64,000 nucleotides of DNA, from positions 1 through 64,000 of IMG/VR virus record IMGVR_UViG_3300030104_006883; one strand, written 5' to 3'. Below are positions 34,528-44,681 of the stretch, piece after piece; position 1 is the stretch's first letter; each line of letters begins with the position of its first letter. This DNA comes from a virus. The position numbers were made by a program, and so were the translations under genes. Under the pieces are notes generated by a model, which ran no database searches, had not been told where the DNA came from, and saw only the letters and a list, made by a program, of their open reading frames with translations.

Positions 34528-35030
34528 TTGATGAATTTAAAGGCAAAACTAAGGAAGAGATAAAACAATCCTTAGAGACCACTAAGCATCCTTTCGCTGT
34601 ATTAATGGAGCACTGGAAAGGTGACTTTAATATTGGTACGCTGATTAGAAATTCTAATGCTTTTAATGCAAACGAAGTTTTTTACGTTGGTCAAAAAAAA
34701 TATGACAGGCGAGGGACTGTTGGAACTCATCATTATATTAACTTAAGGCATATTAATAACTTCGATGATTTGTGGAAGTTAAAAGAAAAGTATACCTTTG
34801 TATGTCTTGATAATAATATAAGCGGTGTTGTGTCTATGGAAGAGTTTGACTGGCCTGAAAATGCGTTGATGATTTTTGGCGAGGAGGGCGAGGGAGTTAC
34901 TCCCGAGATGCTAGAGCTTGCGGATCACGTTGTATCCATAAAGCAATACGGGTCCGTTAGAAGTATGAATGTAGGAACGACTTCTGGGATTGCTATGTAT
35001 GACTATATTAGGAAGTACAATGAACGTTGA
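34470..35030 (+). CDS. SpoU/TrmH-family RNA 2'-O-methyltransferase
   Basis: NIGTLIRNSNAF, IFGEEGEGV, RSMNVGTTSGIAMYD. Confidence 0.9.
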   Translation: MSGKAENHDKKWNSWRYNVIDEFKGKTKEEIKQSLETTKHPFAVLMEHWKGDFNIGTLIRNSNAFNANEVFYVGQKKYDRRGTVGTHHYINLRHINNFDDLWKLKEKYTFVCLDNNISGVVSMEEFDWPENALMIFGEEGEGVTPEMLELADHVVSIKQYGSVRSMNVGTTSGIAMYDYIRKYNER

Positions 35031-35499
35031 CCAGCAGTGGCGAACAGGATCGGGCGATATAGTAAGCTTTGATGACATTCTTGATATAATAAAGCTTCAT
35101 TCTGATGAAAACGGAATGGTATCTGTTGGTAGCGATAGTTTTATAAGAAAACAAGAGTGCATTTTTTCAACAGCTATATGTCTTTATGGTGCTGACGATC
35201 AGGCTGGTGGGAGATATTTTATAAGAAGAATCACTTTTAAAAAGAAAAGGTTTTCCACTCTCTTACAGAGAATAATGAAAGAGGTCCAAGACTCTGTTGA
35301 AATAGGGATGGCACTTCTTGAACATAATCCAATCATTGATATTGATATACATTTAGATGTTTCGGCATCAGACAGACAACAAGCTACAAGCAGGTTTTCT
35401 GATATGCTAGTTGGGTATGCCAAAGGGGCAGGTTTTGATTGTAAAATAAAGCCCCATGCATTTGCGGCTGCTTCAATTGCGGATAAACATTCTAAATGA
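35020..35499 (+). CDS. RNase H-like YkuK (DUF458) family protein
   Basis: VSVGSDS, EVQDSV, IHLDVS, AASIADK. Confidence 0.75.
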   Translation: MNVDQQWRTGSGDIVSFDDILDIIKLHSDENGMVSVGSDSFIRKQECIFSTAICLYGADDQAGGRYFIRRITFKKKRFSTLLQRIMKEVQDSVEIGMALLEHNPIIDIDIHLDVSASDRQQATSRFSDMLVGYAKGAGFDCKIKPHAFAAASIADKHSK

Positions 35500-35523
35500 C
35501 TATTTATTGCAGAGGCTAATAAA

Positions 35524-36312
35524 ATGTCTAGAGTAAATTTCACTTCTTCTACTAAGAAGATGCAATTAACGTCAGGTAGAACTGCTAATTTAACGTTGCC
35601 ACCAGGCGACAGGTGTTATAATTTTGGTGGCACAGACGAGTATGTAAGAGCAGACGGCGCGGTTAAACCAATCTCTTTTAATGATAAGCCACATAGCATA
35701 TCCGTTTGGTTTAAAACCCCTGCTTTCACAACACCTGCATATCATGCTTTATGGTCGTTTACTAATACTTCTGATAACAACGTTAGATATTGGTGCTCTC
35801 TGCAAGCAAATGGCCAAATAATGATATTTGGCTGGAAAGCAAGCTCTGGTAGACTGTGGGGAAGTGGTTCTGGACTTGCTTTGTCTAGTGCTAATCAAGA
35901 TGACAATGAGTGGCACCATCTACTCGTTACATATAATGGTTCTGATACCCTAAAAGGATATTTTGATGGCGGAGATCCAACGAGTATTAGTGTTGGCGCT
36001 GGTGTTCTTATCCCTGATGTATTTACAATAGGTGCTCGACTTGTTGGCGGATCATCGCTTCAATTCCCTGTGACTGGAAAAATAGCCCAATTGGCGATAT
36101 ATGACTACGAACTTAGTTCTACGAAAGCAGGTATAGTTTACAATAATGGCAAGTGCTTTAATGAGAGAGAATTGTTTCCTGAACACTACTACATTTTTGG
36201 GAATGGACCTGATTTTAAAAACTTTCCGGAACTAACTGATCTTGGTCGCGGATTTGCTGACGGAACAGCTACCAATATGGAAGCAGCCGATATTGTGGCA
36301 GATCATCCGTAA
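35524..36312 (+). CDS. LamG/concanavalin A-like lectin domain protein
   Basis: SISVWFK, WHHLLVTY, GKIAQLAIYDYEL. Confidence 0.8.
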   Translation: MSRVNFTSSTKKMQLTSGRTANLTLPPGDRCYNFGGTDEYVRADGAVKPISFNDKPHSISVWFKTPAFTTPAYHALWSFTNTSDNNVRYWCSLQANGQIMIFGWKASSGRLWGSGSGLALSSANQDDNEWHHLLVTYNGSDTLKGYFDGGDPTSISVGAGVLIPDVFTIGARLVGGSSLQFPVTGKIAQLAIYDYELSSTKAGIVYNNGKCFNERELFPEHYYIFGNGPDFKNFPELTDLGRGFADGTATNMEAADIVADHP

Positions 36313-36316
36313 CATC

Positions 36317-37057
36317 TTATTTTGTATTGCTTTTTATAAAGTCTATAAGTTCTTTATGTTTTGGTGCAAAAGACAAGTGGTGAAACCTTCTGTGGACGGA
36401 GTGTATCATTCCTACTAATTTGCCGGAGCTATCAAATAGCGGAGATCCAGAGGAACCTCCGATTGCAGGAACTGTATACATGGCATAGCCCCAAAAATGA
36501 CCTGTGTACCTACCTTCTAGTATTACAACAGTATCTTTTTGAAAAACTCCCTGCGGTGCAGAGAGGTTATATATTTTATCACCTTTTTTAGGAGCCACAT
36601 AACTCATTTTTACTGGAGTCCATACTAAGCTTGGAACTTGTAACATGCACATATCTTTTTCTTCGTCTATTGCTATTATTTTAGCTATGTGCTTGCCTCC
36701 TCTTATGTCGAATACATAAAGTTCAACATCTATTGTTGCTTTCGGATTTGGAGAATATTGTATATTTTTGCTAGAGCAGGAATGTCCTGTTGTTAAAATA
36801 AAAGATCCATTTTTATGAGATCTGACAACTGAGCCGGATGAGGTTGTATTTAAAAAGTGATACTCGCACTGATTACCCGCATCTTTTTCACTCTTGGGTT
36901 CTACACAGGAAGTGGCCCTATAGGTCGTTATAACTTTTACGAAAGATTTTCTTGGCAACACCTTCCCCACACTTATATCCGACATAACATCCGGCCTGAC
37001 ACATGAGGATGTCAAAGCGATTATAAACAAGCAAGAAAGTAGTTTTTTAAGTGTCAT
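36317..37057 (-). CDS. Trypsin-like serine protease, lipoprotein
   Basis: TTGHSC, KDMCML, GGSSGSP, lipobox LTSSC. Confidence 0.85.
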   Translation of the reverse strand: MTLKKLLSCLFIIALTSSCVRPDVMSDISVGKVLPRKSFVKVITTYRATSCVEPKSEKDAGNQCEYHFLNTTSSGSVVRSHKNGSFILTTGHSCSSKNIQYSPNPKATIDVELYVFDIRGGKHIAKIIAIDEEKDMCMLQVPSLVWTPVKMSYVAPKKGDKIYNLSAPQGVFQKDTVVILEGRYTGHFWGYAMYTVPAIGGSSGSPLFDSSGKLVGMIHSVHRRFHHLSFAPKHKELIDFIKSNTK

Positions 37058-37141
37058 AAGGGTTTTTTTTACTGTCCGCTCCTGTATAATAACTAGTGTA
37101 AACATTCAATTACCACTATTTACTTATACGCAGGAAGTGAC

Positions 37142-38455
37142 ATGAAAAGAACTTATATTCTTGATACTAATGTTTTTTTAACTAACGCAAATTCTATTTT
37201 TCTCTATAAAAACAATGATATAGTGGTTCCTTTAAAAGTATTAGATGAGATAGATAAGCATAAAAAAAGACAAGACGGTGTTGGAGTTAACGCTAGAAAC
37301 ACCATTAGAATTCTAGACTCTTTAAGGGCTAAAGGCAATTTGCACAAAGGAGTTAGACTAGGAACTGGACTGGGGAAGCTTTTTGTTAAAGATTACGCTT
37401 TACAAGATGTTCCATCTGGTTTTGATATGGCCAGTGCAGATAACCAGATAATATGTACTGCGCTTACAGAAATACATAACTCTTCTAGAAGAAAAGTTAT
37501 TGTCATTTCAAGAGATATAAATATGAGAGTCAAATGCGACTCGCTTGAAATAAAGTCAGAGGACTTTATTACAGAAGACATAATTGAAAACACAGATGAA
37601 TTATATACTGGTGTATTATCTCATCTTGTAGACGACCAGCTTATTGATCGTCTATATGAAGGAGAGGAGATCTTTTTTGATAAAGAAGATGTTATCATAC
37701 AACCAAATCAGTATGTGATGCTTGTTTCAAATGCAAATGAAAAAAAGACATGTCTTGCAAAATTTAAAGATTACAATGATCCAATAAAAAAAGTTCATGG
37801 ATATTCTGACGGTGTTTGGAATGTAAGTCCTAGAAATAAAGAACAAATGTTTGCTCTTGATCTACTCATGGACCCAAATATACCAATTGTGACTATAATA
37901 GGCAGGGCTGGGTCTGGAAAGACGCTTCTTGCGTTAGCAGCGGGCCTGGAACAAGTTTTGGAAGAAAGAAATAAAAACTATAAGAAGTTGGTAGTTTCTA
38001 GGCCTGTACAGCCGGTGGGCAAAGATATTGGATTTTTACCTGGAACGCTGGAGGAAAAGATGAGTCCATGGTTGATGCCGGTCCAAGACAATTTAGAATA
38101 CCTAATGTCAGGCAACAGATCTACTATGGAGTTGATGTTTGAAAACGGTACAATAGAAATCGAGGCTCTTTCGTACATCAGGGGGCGTTCTATTTCTAAT
38201 GCCTATATAATTATAGATGAGGCTCAGAACCTTTCTGTTCATGAGCTTAAGACAATAATTACTCGTGTAGGCGAGAATACAAAGATAATTCTAACTGGGG
38301 ACATCGAACAAATTGATAACGTTTATCTGGACGCCACTTCCAACGGCCTATCGCATGCGATTGAAAAGTTTAAATCACAACCACTTGCTGGACACATCAC
38401 TCTCCAAAAAGGTGAAAGATCCAAGACAGCAACGCTGGCGGCAAAGATTCTTTAA
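37142..38455 (+). CDS. phoH: PIN-PhoH (PhoH2-like) protein
   Basis: ILDTNVFL PIN start, GRAGSGKT, DIGFLPG, YIRGRS, IDEAQN, GDIEQID. Confidence 0.9.
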   Translation: MKRTYILDTNVFLTNANSIFLYKNNDIVVPLKVLDEIDKHKKRQDGVGVNARNTIRILDSLRAKGNLHKGVRLGTGLGKLFVKDYALQDVPSGFDMASADNQIICTALTEIHNSSRRKVIVISRDINMRVKCDSLEIKSEDFITEDIIENTDELYTGVLSHLVDDQLIDRLYEGEEIFFDKEDVIIQPNQYVMLVSNANEKKTCLAKFKDYNDPIKKVHGYSDGVWNVSPRNKEQMFALDLLMDPNIPIVTIIGRAGSGKTLLALAAGLEQVLEERNKNYKKLVVSRPVQPVGKDIGFLPGTLEEKMSPWLMPVQDNLEYLMSGNRSTMELMFENGTIEIEALSYIRGRSISNAYIIIDEAQNLSVHELKTIITRVGENTKIILTGDIEQIDNVYLDATSNGLSHAIEKFKSQPLAGHITLQKGERSKTATLAAKIL

Positions 38456-38509
38456 ATTTTTTAATTTATAAAAAACATGTGGTATTTTAAAAAGAACTAG
38501 GAGCGAAAA

Positions 38510-38788
38510 ATGGTACTGGAAAACACTTCTTTGACCGAAACTGTAGAATCTGAGAATGAATTAAAATCATGGCTTGTTAACTATGTTGGGAACAAGACTG
38601 ATCCAACTGATGAAAATGTTACTGTTGAAAATATTATTGATGTTTTGGCAAAAGAGTTTCCTGAGTTCTTGATGGCAGTCGCTGAAGAAAACTGGGTAAG
38701 AGGATACCAACAAGCATTAGATGATGTGGAAGAGGGACAAAGATTAGCCCAGGAAGAGCAAGATGAAACAATACATTCTGGAGAGTAG
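38510..38788 (+). CDS. Hypothetical protein
   Basis: GGAG SD. Confidence 0.65.
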   Translation: MVLENTSLTETVESENELKSWLVNYVGNKTDPTDENVTVENIIDVLAKEFPEFLMAVAEENWVRGYQQALDDVEEGQRLAQEEQDETIHSGE

Positions 38789-39461
38789 TAAAAAGTCCAA
38801 GAGGAGACAGCAGCATTTTGTAATTTTTGGCGATGTTGATGTTTTTGTAAAAGATCCTCTTCCGGAAGATGTTGAGTTAGATCAAGTTCTGCGAGATCTA
38901 GAAAGGATTATCCCTAAAAATTTTACTAGGAATCTAGACATTATATACGTTGGAGACTTTGATCATCTTAGAGATAGAGATGTGAACGCCATGTACGACT
39001 CTGGGGCGATATATATAACCAATGAACAAGATGATAACGTAGACATTTTAGATGATCTTATCCACGAAATAGCTCATGCTGTAGAGGAAAATTATAACCA
39101 AGAGATATATGGAGATGATAAAATTCGGGGAGAATTTTTAGCAAAAAGAAATACTTTGCGTCGAATATTAGGTGCTCATGGTTATGATGTGCGATCACAT
39201 AATCTCTTAGATGTAGAATACTCAAGAGATTTAGATGAATTTTTTTATGAAGATGTGGGTTATGCTAAATTAAGTAATTTTGTTCTAGGTCTTTTTATAT
39301 CACCATATCCCGTCACCTCTCTAAGAGAATATTTCGCTAGTGGCTTTGAAGAGTACTATTTAGGTGATAGAAGGGCATTGGCTGAAATAAGTCCCAAATT
39401 ATATAATAAATTAAACGAGTTAAACAAAACGGAGGAAGAAAATGAAGCAAGAAAGTTCTAA
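38763..39461 (+). CDS. Zincin-like metallopeptidase
   Basis: IHEIAHA...EYFA. Confidence 0.7.
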   Translation: MKQYILESSKKSKRRQQHFVIFGDVDVFVKDPLPEDVELDQVLRDLERIIPKNFTRNLDIIYVGDFDHLRDRDVNAMYDSGAIYITNEQDDNVDILDDLIHEIAHAVEENYNQEIYGDDKIRGEFLAKRNTLRRILGAHGYDVRSHNLLDVEYSRDLDEFFYEDVGYAKLSNFVLGLFISPYPVTSLREYFASGFEEYYLGDRRALAEISPKLYNKLNELNKTEEENEARKF

Positions 39462-39759
39462 GTATTTAGATGATAATGCTAAAGTAAAAAAAGCTGGGGG
39501 GACAATTAAGGTTAGAGTGACCGCCCCTTTATATAAAAACAAACACACCGATCAGTTAGTTTGGATCTCAACAGAGGATGTTGTTAGCTGGCTTGCTACG
39601 AATGGACATAAGATCAAGACAGTTGAAGAGAGCGGACACGTTAGGAACAGATACTCTGATCAAGATGTGACCTGGGTGTTTTCTGTTAAAAATAAAACCT
39701 TGAAAAAGAACTCTAGTAGTGTTAAAGTTAAGCCTTTGAGCGATACTAAAGATTCTTAA
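39442..39759 (+). CDS. Hypothetical protein
   Basis: GGAGG SD. Confidence 0.6.
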   Translation: MKQESSKYLDDNAKVKKAGGTIKVRVTAPLYKNKHTDQLVWISTEDVVSWLATNGHKIKTVEESGHVRNRYSDQDVTWVFSVKNKTLKKNSSSVKVKPLSDTKDS

Positions 39760-39769
39760 AAGAGGTTGC

Positions 39770-40549
39770 ATGTCTCATATATCTTATTCTGAATTTCGTA
39801 TTTGGAACGAGTGCCCCTACAAACATAAATTAAAATATGTAGACAAGGTACACGATTTTCAAGGTAGTGAATATACTGCTTTTGGCACTGCTATCCATTC
39901 TGTTTGTGAAAACTCTGTTGTGTCTAATTCTTTTGATAAAACGGAACATTTTCGTGAAGCTTTTACAAGCGAGTTGGCCAAGCTGCCTGAAACTGTAAAA
40001 AAGAACTTGAATAAAGAGTTGGTTGATAACATGTATAAGGATGGTCCCGAACTAGCTGAAAGAGCGGTCCCCGCTTTAGAAAGTTATTTTGGCTCGTTTG
40101 AGGTAGTCTCTACCGAAGAGGGTCTCTATGAAAATATGGAAAGTTTCGATGATCAGATATTTAAAGGATATATTGATTTAGTTATAAAAACTGAAGATGG
40201 CAAACATCATATCTTAGATTGGAAAACATGTAGTTGGGGCTGGGACGCTAGAAAGAAGTCGGATAAAATGACAACGTACCAGCTAACACTGTACAAGAAA
40301 TATTATGCCCAAAAGCACAACATAGACTTGTCTGATATTGAAACTTACTTTGGTCTTTTAAAAAGAACAGCAAAAGATAATAAAGTTGAGATCTTTCGTG
40401 TGACGAGTGGAAATAAAAAAACAGAAAACGCCCTTAAAATGTTGAATAATACAGTGCATAATATACTTAGAGAAAATCATGTCAAAAATAAACTTGCCTG
40501 TACAAAGGGATTTGTATGCGAGTTTTATAAGACAGAACACTGTAATTAA
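39770..40549 (+). CDS. PD-(D/E)XK nuclease (RecB/AddB/Cas4-like)
   Basis: CPYK, FGTAIH, GYIDLV, ILDWKT, QLTLY, C-terminal Cys cluster. Confidence 0.85.
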   Translation: MSHISYSEFRIWNECPYKHKLKYVDKVHDFQGSEYTAFGTAIHSVCENSVVSNSFDKTEHFREAFTSELAKLPETVKKNLNKELVDNMYKDGPELAERAVPALESYFGSFEVVSTEEGLYENMESFDDQIFKGYIDLVIKTEDGKHHILDWKTCSWGWDARKKSDKMTTYQLTLYKKYYAQKHNIDLSDIETYFGLLKRTAKDNKVEIFRVTSGNKKTENALKMLNNTVHNILRENHVKNKLACTKGFVCEFYKTEHCN

Positions 40550-40558
40550 GAGGCAAGT

Positions 40559-41806
40559 GTGGATAAAAAAATTAAGGTCTTCGTAATCAGCGACATGATC
40601 CTGTCGCCTTCTGGAGTAGGCACCCAGACGAAGTATATGGTTGATGCCTTGGTAAAGACGGGAAGATATGAATTTATATGTCTTGGTGGAGCAGTAAAAC
40701 ACCATAGTTATGAACCGATCAAGTACGGCGACGATGTAGTAATTTTCCCTGTTGATGGGTATGGCAATCATGATATGATCAGGTCGCTGATAAGAACCCA
40801 TAAGCCAGACATGTTGTGGTTCATGACTGATCCAAGGTTCTATGAGTGGCTTTGGGAAATAGAAAATGAGATACGTCCATTGATTCCAATGGTTTATTAT
40901 CATGTTTGGGATAATTATCCTTATCCAAAATTTAATAAGCCTCATTACGAATCTTGCGATGTTATAGTTAATATTTCTAAAGTAACTGATGATATTGTTA
41001 AAACGGTAGCGCCGAACGTAGAGAGCTATTATATGCCTCATGCGGTGGACAATAATATTTTTTCTAAAGTAGATGACCAAGCTCTTGCTACTTTTAGGAA
41101 GGAGCATTCTTTGGATGATGGTAAATTCACGGTGTTCTGGAATAATAGAAATGCGAGAAGAAAACAGAGTGGCACTGTTATATGGTGGTTTAACGAATTC
41201 TTGAAGATAGTTGGGAAAGATAAGGCAAGGTTGGTCATGCACACCGATATTAGAGACCCTCATGGCCAAGACCTGGGAGCTATTATCCAAGAATTAGGAC
41301 TTGGGAATCGCGAAGTGGTTTTTTCGACTCAAAAGCATCCACCGGAGGTACTTGCTTTGTTATATAATAATGCTGACTGCACCATAAATATAGCTGACGC
41401 TGAAGGTTTTGGTCTCGGCACTATGGAATCTTTATCATGTGAAACACCAATTATTGTGACAATGACAGGTGGTTTACAGGAGCAGGTCACAGATGGAGAA
41501 AACTGGTTTGGAATTGGTCTGAAGCCCGCTTCTTCTGCTATTATCGGCTCATTGCAGGTTCCGTACATACGGGAGGATAGAGTTTCTGAAGAAGATGTTG
41601 TACAAGCGCTATTAGACATGTATAACAAGACCGATGAAGAAAGAAGCGCAATAGGCAAAGCTGGCCGTGAGCACATTTTAAGAAATTACAACTTTGATGA
41701 TTACGGCAATAAGTGGGTAGAACTCATGGACAAAATTCACGAGGAACACGGATCTTGGGACAATAGAAAGAAACACAATCGTTGGGTTTTAAAGGAAATA
41801 AGATAA
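40559..41806 (+). CDS. GT4-like glycosyltransferase
   Basis: NRNARRK, AEGFGLGTMESLSC. Confidence 0.85.
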   Translation: MDKKIKVFVISDMILSPSGVGTQTKYMVDALVKTGRYEFICLGGAVKHHSYEPIKYGDDVVIFPVDGYGNHDMIRSLIRTHKPDMLWFMTDPRFYEWLWEIENEIRPLIPMVYYHVWDNYPYPKFNKPHYESCDVIVNISKVTDDIVKTVAPNVESYYMPHAVDNNIFSKVDDQALATFRKEHSLDDGKFTVFWNNRNARRKQSGTVIWWFNEFLKIVGKDKARLVMHTDIRDPHGQDLGAIIQELGLGNREVVFSTQKHPPEVLALLYNNADCTINIADAEGFGLGTMESLSCETPIIVTMTGGLQEQVTDGENWFGIGLKPASSAIIGSLQVPYIREDRVSEEDVVQALLDMYNKTDEERSAIGKAGREHILRNYNFDDYGNKWVELMDKIHEEHGSWDNRKKHNRWVLKEIR

Positions 41807-43059
41807 TGTATAAAGTTATATTGAAAGCACCCGTACTTTCTAGATCTGGCTATGGGGAACACTCTAGGTTCGTCCTAAGATCTTTAATGAGGCGAGAAGA
41901 CATTTTTGACATTTATGTAATGAACATAAACTGGGGAGCAACAGGAATAGTTCCTGAAGATACTGAAGAGAGGCGGTGGATAGACTTTTTAATTCACAAG
42001 ACTATTCACGCTGTGCAACAGAATAACACTCAATTTGATATATCTTTACAAGTAACCATACCGAACGAATGGGAGCGAATAGCAAAAACAAATATTGGAA
42101 TAACCGCCGGTATAGAAACAAATATGGTCTCGCCTGTTTGGATCCAAAAGACGGAAGAAACCGTTGATAAGATTATTGTAACGTCGGAACACGCAAAAGC
42201 AGGGTTCCTTGAAACAGTGTGCACCGTCCAGGGGCCTAATGGTGAGGTGATTCGTAATGATTTTAAATGTACTAAACCGATAGAGGTGGTCAATTATCCT
42301 GCTAAGAATCTAGAGCCGATAGATATTGGGCTTGAATTACCTAATGACTTTAATTTTCTGTGCGTAGCACAATGGTCCCCAAGAAAAAATCTAGATAATA
42401 CCATTAGATGGTTTGTGGAAGAATTTATTAATGATGAGGTTGGCCTTGTTGTAAAGGCGAACTTTTCAAAAAACTGTGTATACGATAGGTATAAGTGCGA
42501 GCAAAGGCTACATTCAATACTACAAGCTTATCCTGATAGAAAGTGTAGTGTCTATTTGTTGCATGGTGGATTACGCGATGAAGAGGTGCATGGGCTCTAT
42601 AGGCATGATAAGATCAAGGCTATAATCAATCTCGCACACGGAGAAGGGTTTGGACTACCATTATTTGAAGCAGCCCAAGCGGGACTACCAGTCATAGCCC
42701 CAGATTGGAGTGGCCATTTAGATTTCTTATATATGCCCGTTGAAAACAAGAAGGGTAAAACCAAGAGTAAGGCTATGTTTGCTAAAGTTAACTACGATAT
42801 TGGCCAGGTCCAGCCGGAAGCTAGATGGGAGGGGGTTATAGAAGAACAAAGCTCTTGGTGCTATCCAGATCCTAAATCTTACAAAAACAAGCTAAGAGAA
42901 ATTTTTAAAGATCAGCCTAGATTTAAAAAGCATGCAAAGGACTTGCAAGAGTGGATCTCTGAAGAGTTTGAGCAAGAGAAGATGTACAAGAAGATGTCTG
43001 ACGCTATTCTTAGTGCGCTGCCGCAAGAAAAGGATGAAAATATACAGGTATTCGGATGA
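41806..43059 (+). CDS. GT4-like glycosyltransferase
   Basis: SGYGEH, PRKNLD, GEGFGLPLFEA. Confidence 0.85.
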   Translation: MYKVILKAPVLSRSGYGEHSRFVLRSLMRREDIFDIYVMNINWGATGIVPEDTEERRWIDFLIHKTIHAVQQNNTQFDISLQVTIPNEWERIAKTNIGITAGIETNMVSPVWIQKTEETVDKIIVTSEHAKAGFLETVCTVQGPNGEVIRNDFKCTKPIEVVNYPAKNLEPIDIGLELPNDFNFLCVAQWSPRKNLDNTIRWFVEEFINDEVGLVVKANFSKNCVYDRYKCEQRLHSILQAYPDRKCSVYLLHGGLRDEEVHGLYRHDKIKAIINLAHGEGFGLPLFEAAQAGLPVIAPDWSGHLDFLYMPVENKKGKTKSKAMFAKVNYDIGQVQPEARWEGVIEEQSSWCYPDPKSYKNKLREIFKDQPRFKKHAKDLQEWISEEFEQEKMYKKMSDAILSALPQEKDENIQVFG

Positions 43060-44681
43060 GGACCGTAGTTTTTATAGCAGATTTTTATGCTAACGAGATT
43101 GCAGGCGGAGGGGAGCTTGTTAACGAGGTTTTAATTAATGGTCTTAAAGATAGGGGGTTTAAGGTACGTAGCTTGAAGAGCCAAGAGGTTACGGAAGACT
43201 ATATTAAACAAAGTGATGATTTTTTTATTATTGCTAATTTTATAGGCTTAAATGCTGCTTGCTTGTCCGCTCTTTACGAAAAAGATTATGTGATATTTGA
43301 GCATGATCACAAATATCTAAAGACTAGAGACCCTTCGCCATTTCCTAATTATCTGGCCACTGAAGACCAAATTATAAACAAGGAGTTTTATAAAAGAGCA
43401 AAGGCTGTTTTTTGTCAATCTAAGATACATTCCGAAGTTGTTAATAAAAACTTACTTATAAATAATGTTGTTAATTTGGGCTGTAGCATGTGGTCTGACA
43501 ACCATGTCCGTGTACTTAGAGAAAACTTAAACAAAGATAAGAAAAGAGACAAAGCAATCATTGCTTCTACAAATGCTGTTAAGGGAACCCGACAGGCAGA
43601 GGCTTTCTGTAAAAAATTAAACAACCCCTATGAGTTAATCCAGCCGTGTTCTTTTGAAGACTTGATTCCACAACTGGCTGAATTTAAAAGCCTAGTCTTT
43701 TTTTCGCAGGTTCTGGAAACCTTCTGTAGGTTAGCTGTAGAGGCCAGGATTCTTGGATGTAAGCTTGTAACAAACGGGAATAACGGATGTACTTCGGAGG
43801 AGTGGTTTGGGAAGCTAGAAGGAGAGGAACTTCTAAATTTTGTTGAGTCCAAAAGAGACGAAATTGTTGATACCGTAGCATCTGCTGTAACAGGCGCAGA
43901 TGGGATTAATTTTTTCAAAAAAGAAAGGTCTTCGGATACTGCGGACATAACAGTTATATTGAATTCATATAGAAGACCATATAATTTAAAGAGACAAGTA
44001 GAGGCCATAAGAAGTCAAGTCATAGGATGTAAAGAAATATGGCTTTGGGTAAATGATCATGAAGATAATCATGATTTTGATTATTCTGAGCTTGGGCTAG
44101 ACAAAATATTTCACAATAACCATAATTGGAAGTTTTATGGACGTTTTGCTGGAGCCTTGTTAGCTGATACGGAATATATTGCAATTTTTGATGACGACAC
44201 CGTACCAGGAAGACTGTGGTTTAAAAATTGCTTAGATACCATGGAAACACATGAGGGTATTCTAGGTAGCGCTGGTATAATCTTGAATGATTATCATTAC
44301 GTCAAACATGATCGATGTGGTTGGCCGACGCAAAACCCAGAGACGGAAGAGGTTGACTTGGTAGGGCATGCTTGGTTTTTCAAAAGAGAGTGGCTCCAAT
44401 ATCTTTGGAAAGAAAAACCTCCGACCTGGGACAACGGAGAAGACATACAGTTTGCCTACTCTGCTAAAACATATGGAGGTATAAAAACTTTCTGTCCTCC
44501 ACACCCCCCTAACAATAAAGAAATGCATGGGTCTACGCTTGGTAACGAGCTAGGCATTGACTCTAAGGCAACATCAAATAACAATGAGACAACTCACCAA
44601 CAATTCTTTAGTGAAAGAGATATGTGTGTTATACATGGTATAAAGAATGGTTGGGAAACAGTTCGAGGAGTAAAAATATGA
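43056..44681 (+). CDS. Two-domain glycosyltransferase (GT-B-like plus GT2-like)
   Basis: ETFCRLAVEA; ILNSYRR and FDDD in the second half. Confidence 0.75.
   Translation: MRTVVFIADFYANEIAGGGELVNEVLINGLKDRGFKVRSLKSQEVTEDYIKQSDDFFIIANFIGLNAACLSALYEKDYVIFEHDHKYLKTRDPSPFPNYLATEDQIINKEFYKRAKAVFCQSKIHSEVVNKNLLINNVVNLGCSMWSDNHVRVLRENLNKDKKRDKAIIASTNAVKGTRQAEAFCKKLNNPYELIQPCSFEDLIPQLAEFKSLVFFSQVLETFCRLAVEARILGCKLVTNGNNGCTSEEWFGKLEGEELLNFVESKRDEIVDTVASAVTGADGINFFKKERSSDTADITVILNSYRRPYNLKRQVEAIRSQVIGCKEIWLWVNDHEDNHDFDYSELGLDKIFHNNHNWKFYGRFAGALLADTEYIAIFDDDTVPGRLWFKNCLDTMETHEGILGSAGIILNDYHYVKHDRCGWPTQNPETEEVDLVGHAWFFKREWLQYLWKEKPPTWDNGEDIQFAYSAKTYGGIKTFCPPHPPNNKEMHGSTLGNELGIDSKATSNNNETTHQQFFSERDMCVIHGIKNGWETVRGVKI

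Larger units (their letters stand above)
11129..37122. promoter_or_regulatory. Recurrent upstream motif ACTA(A/T/G)TTA, candidate late/middle promoter
   Basis: Plus strand at 11129, 11714, 15798, 16590, 17537, 24432, 24905, 35499, 37115, core CTATTTA at 21722; minus strand near 11697-11703 and 37090-37097; each shortly before a gene start. Confidence 0.6.

Noticed and set aside
39770-40549. Cas4 as part of a CRISPR adaptation module
   Set aside because: No cas1/cas2 or array nearby; stand-alone PD-(D/E)XK nucleases are common in phages
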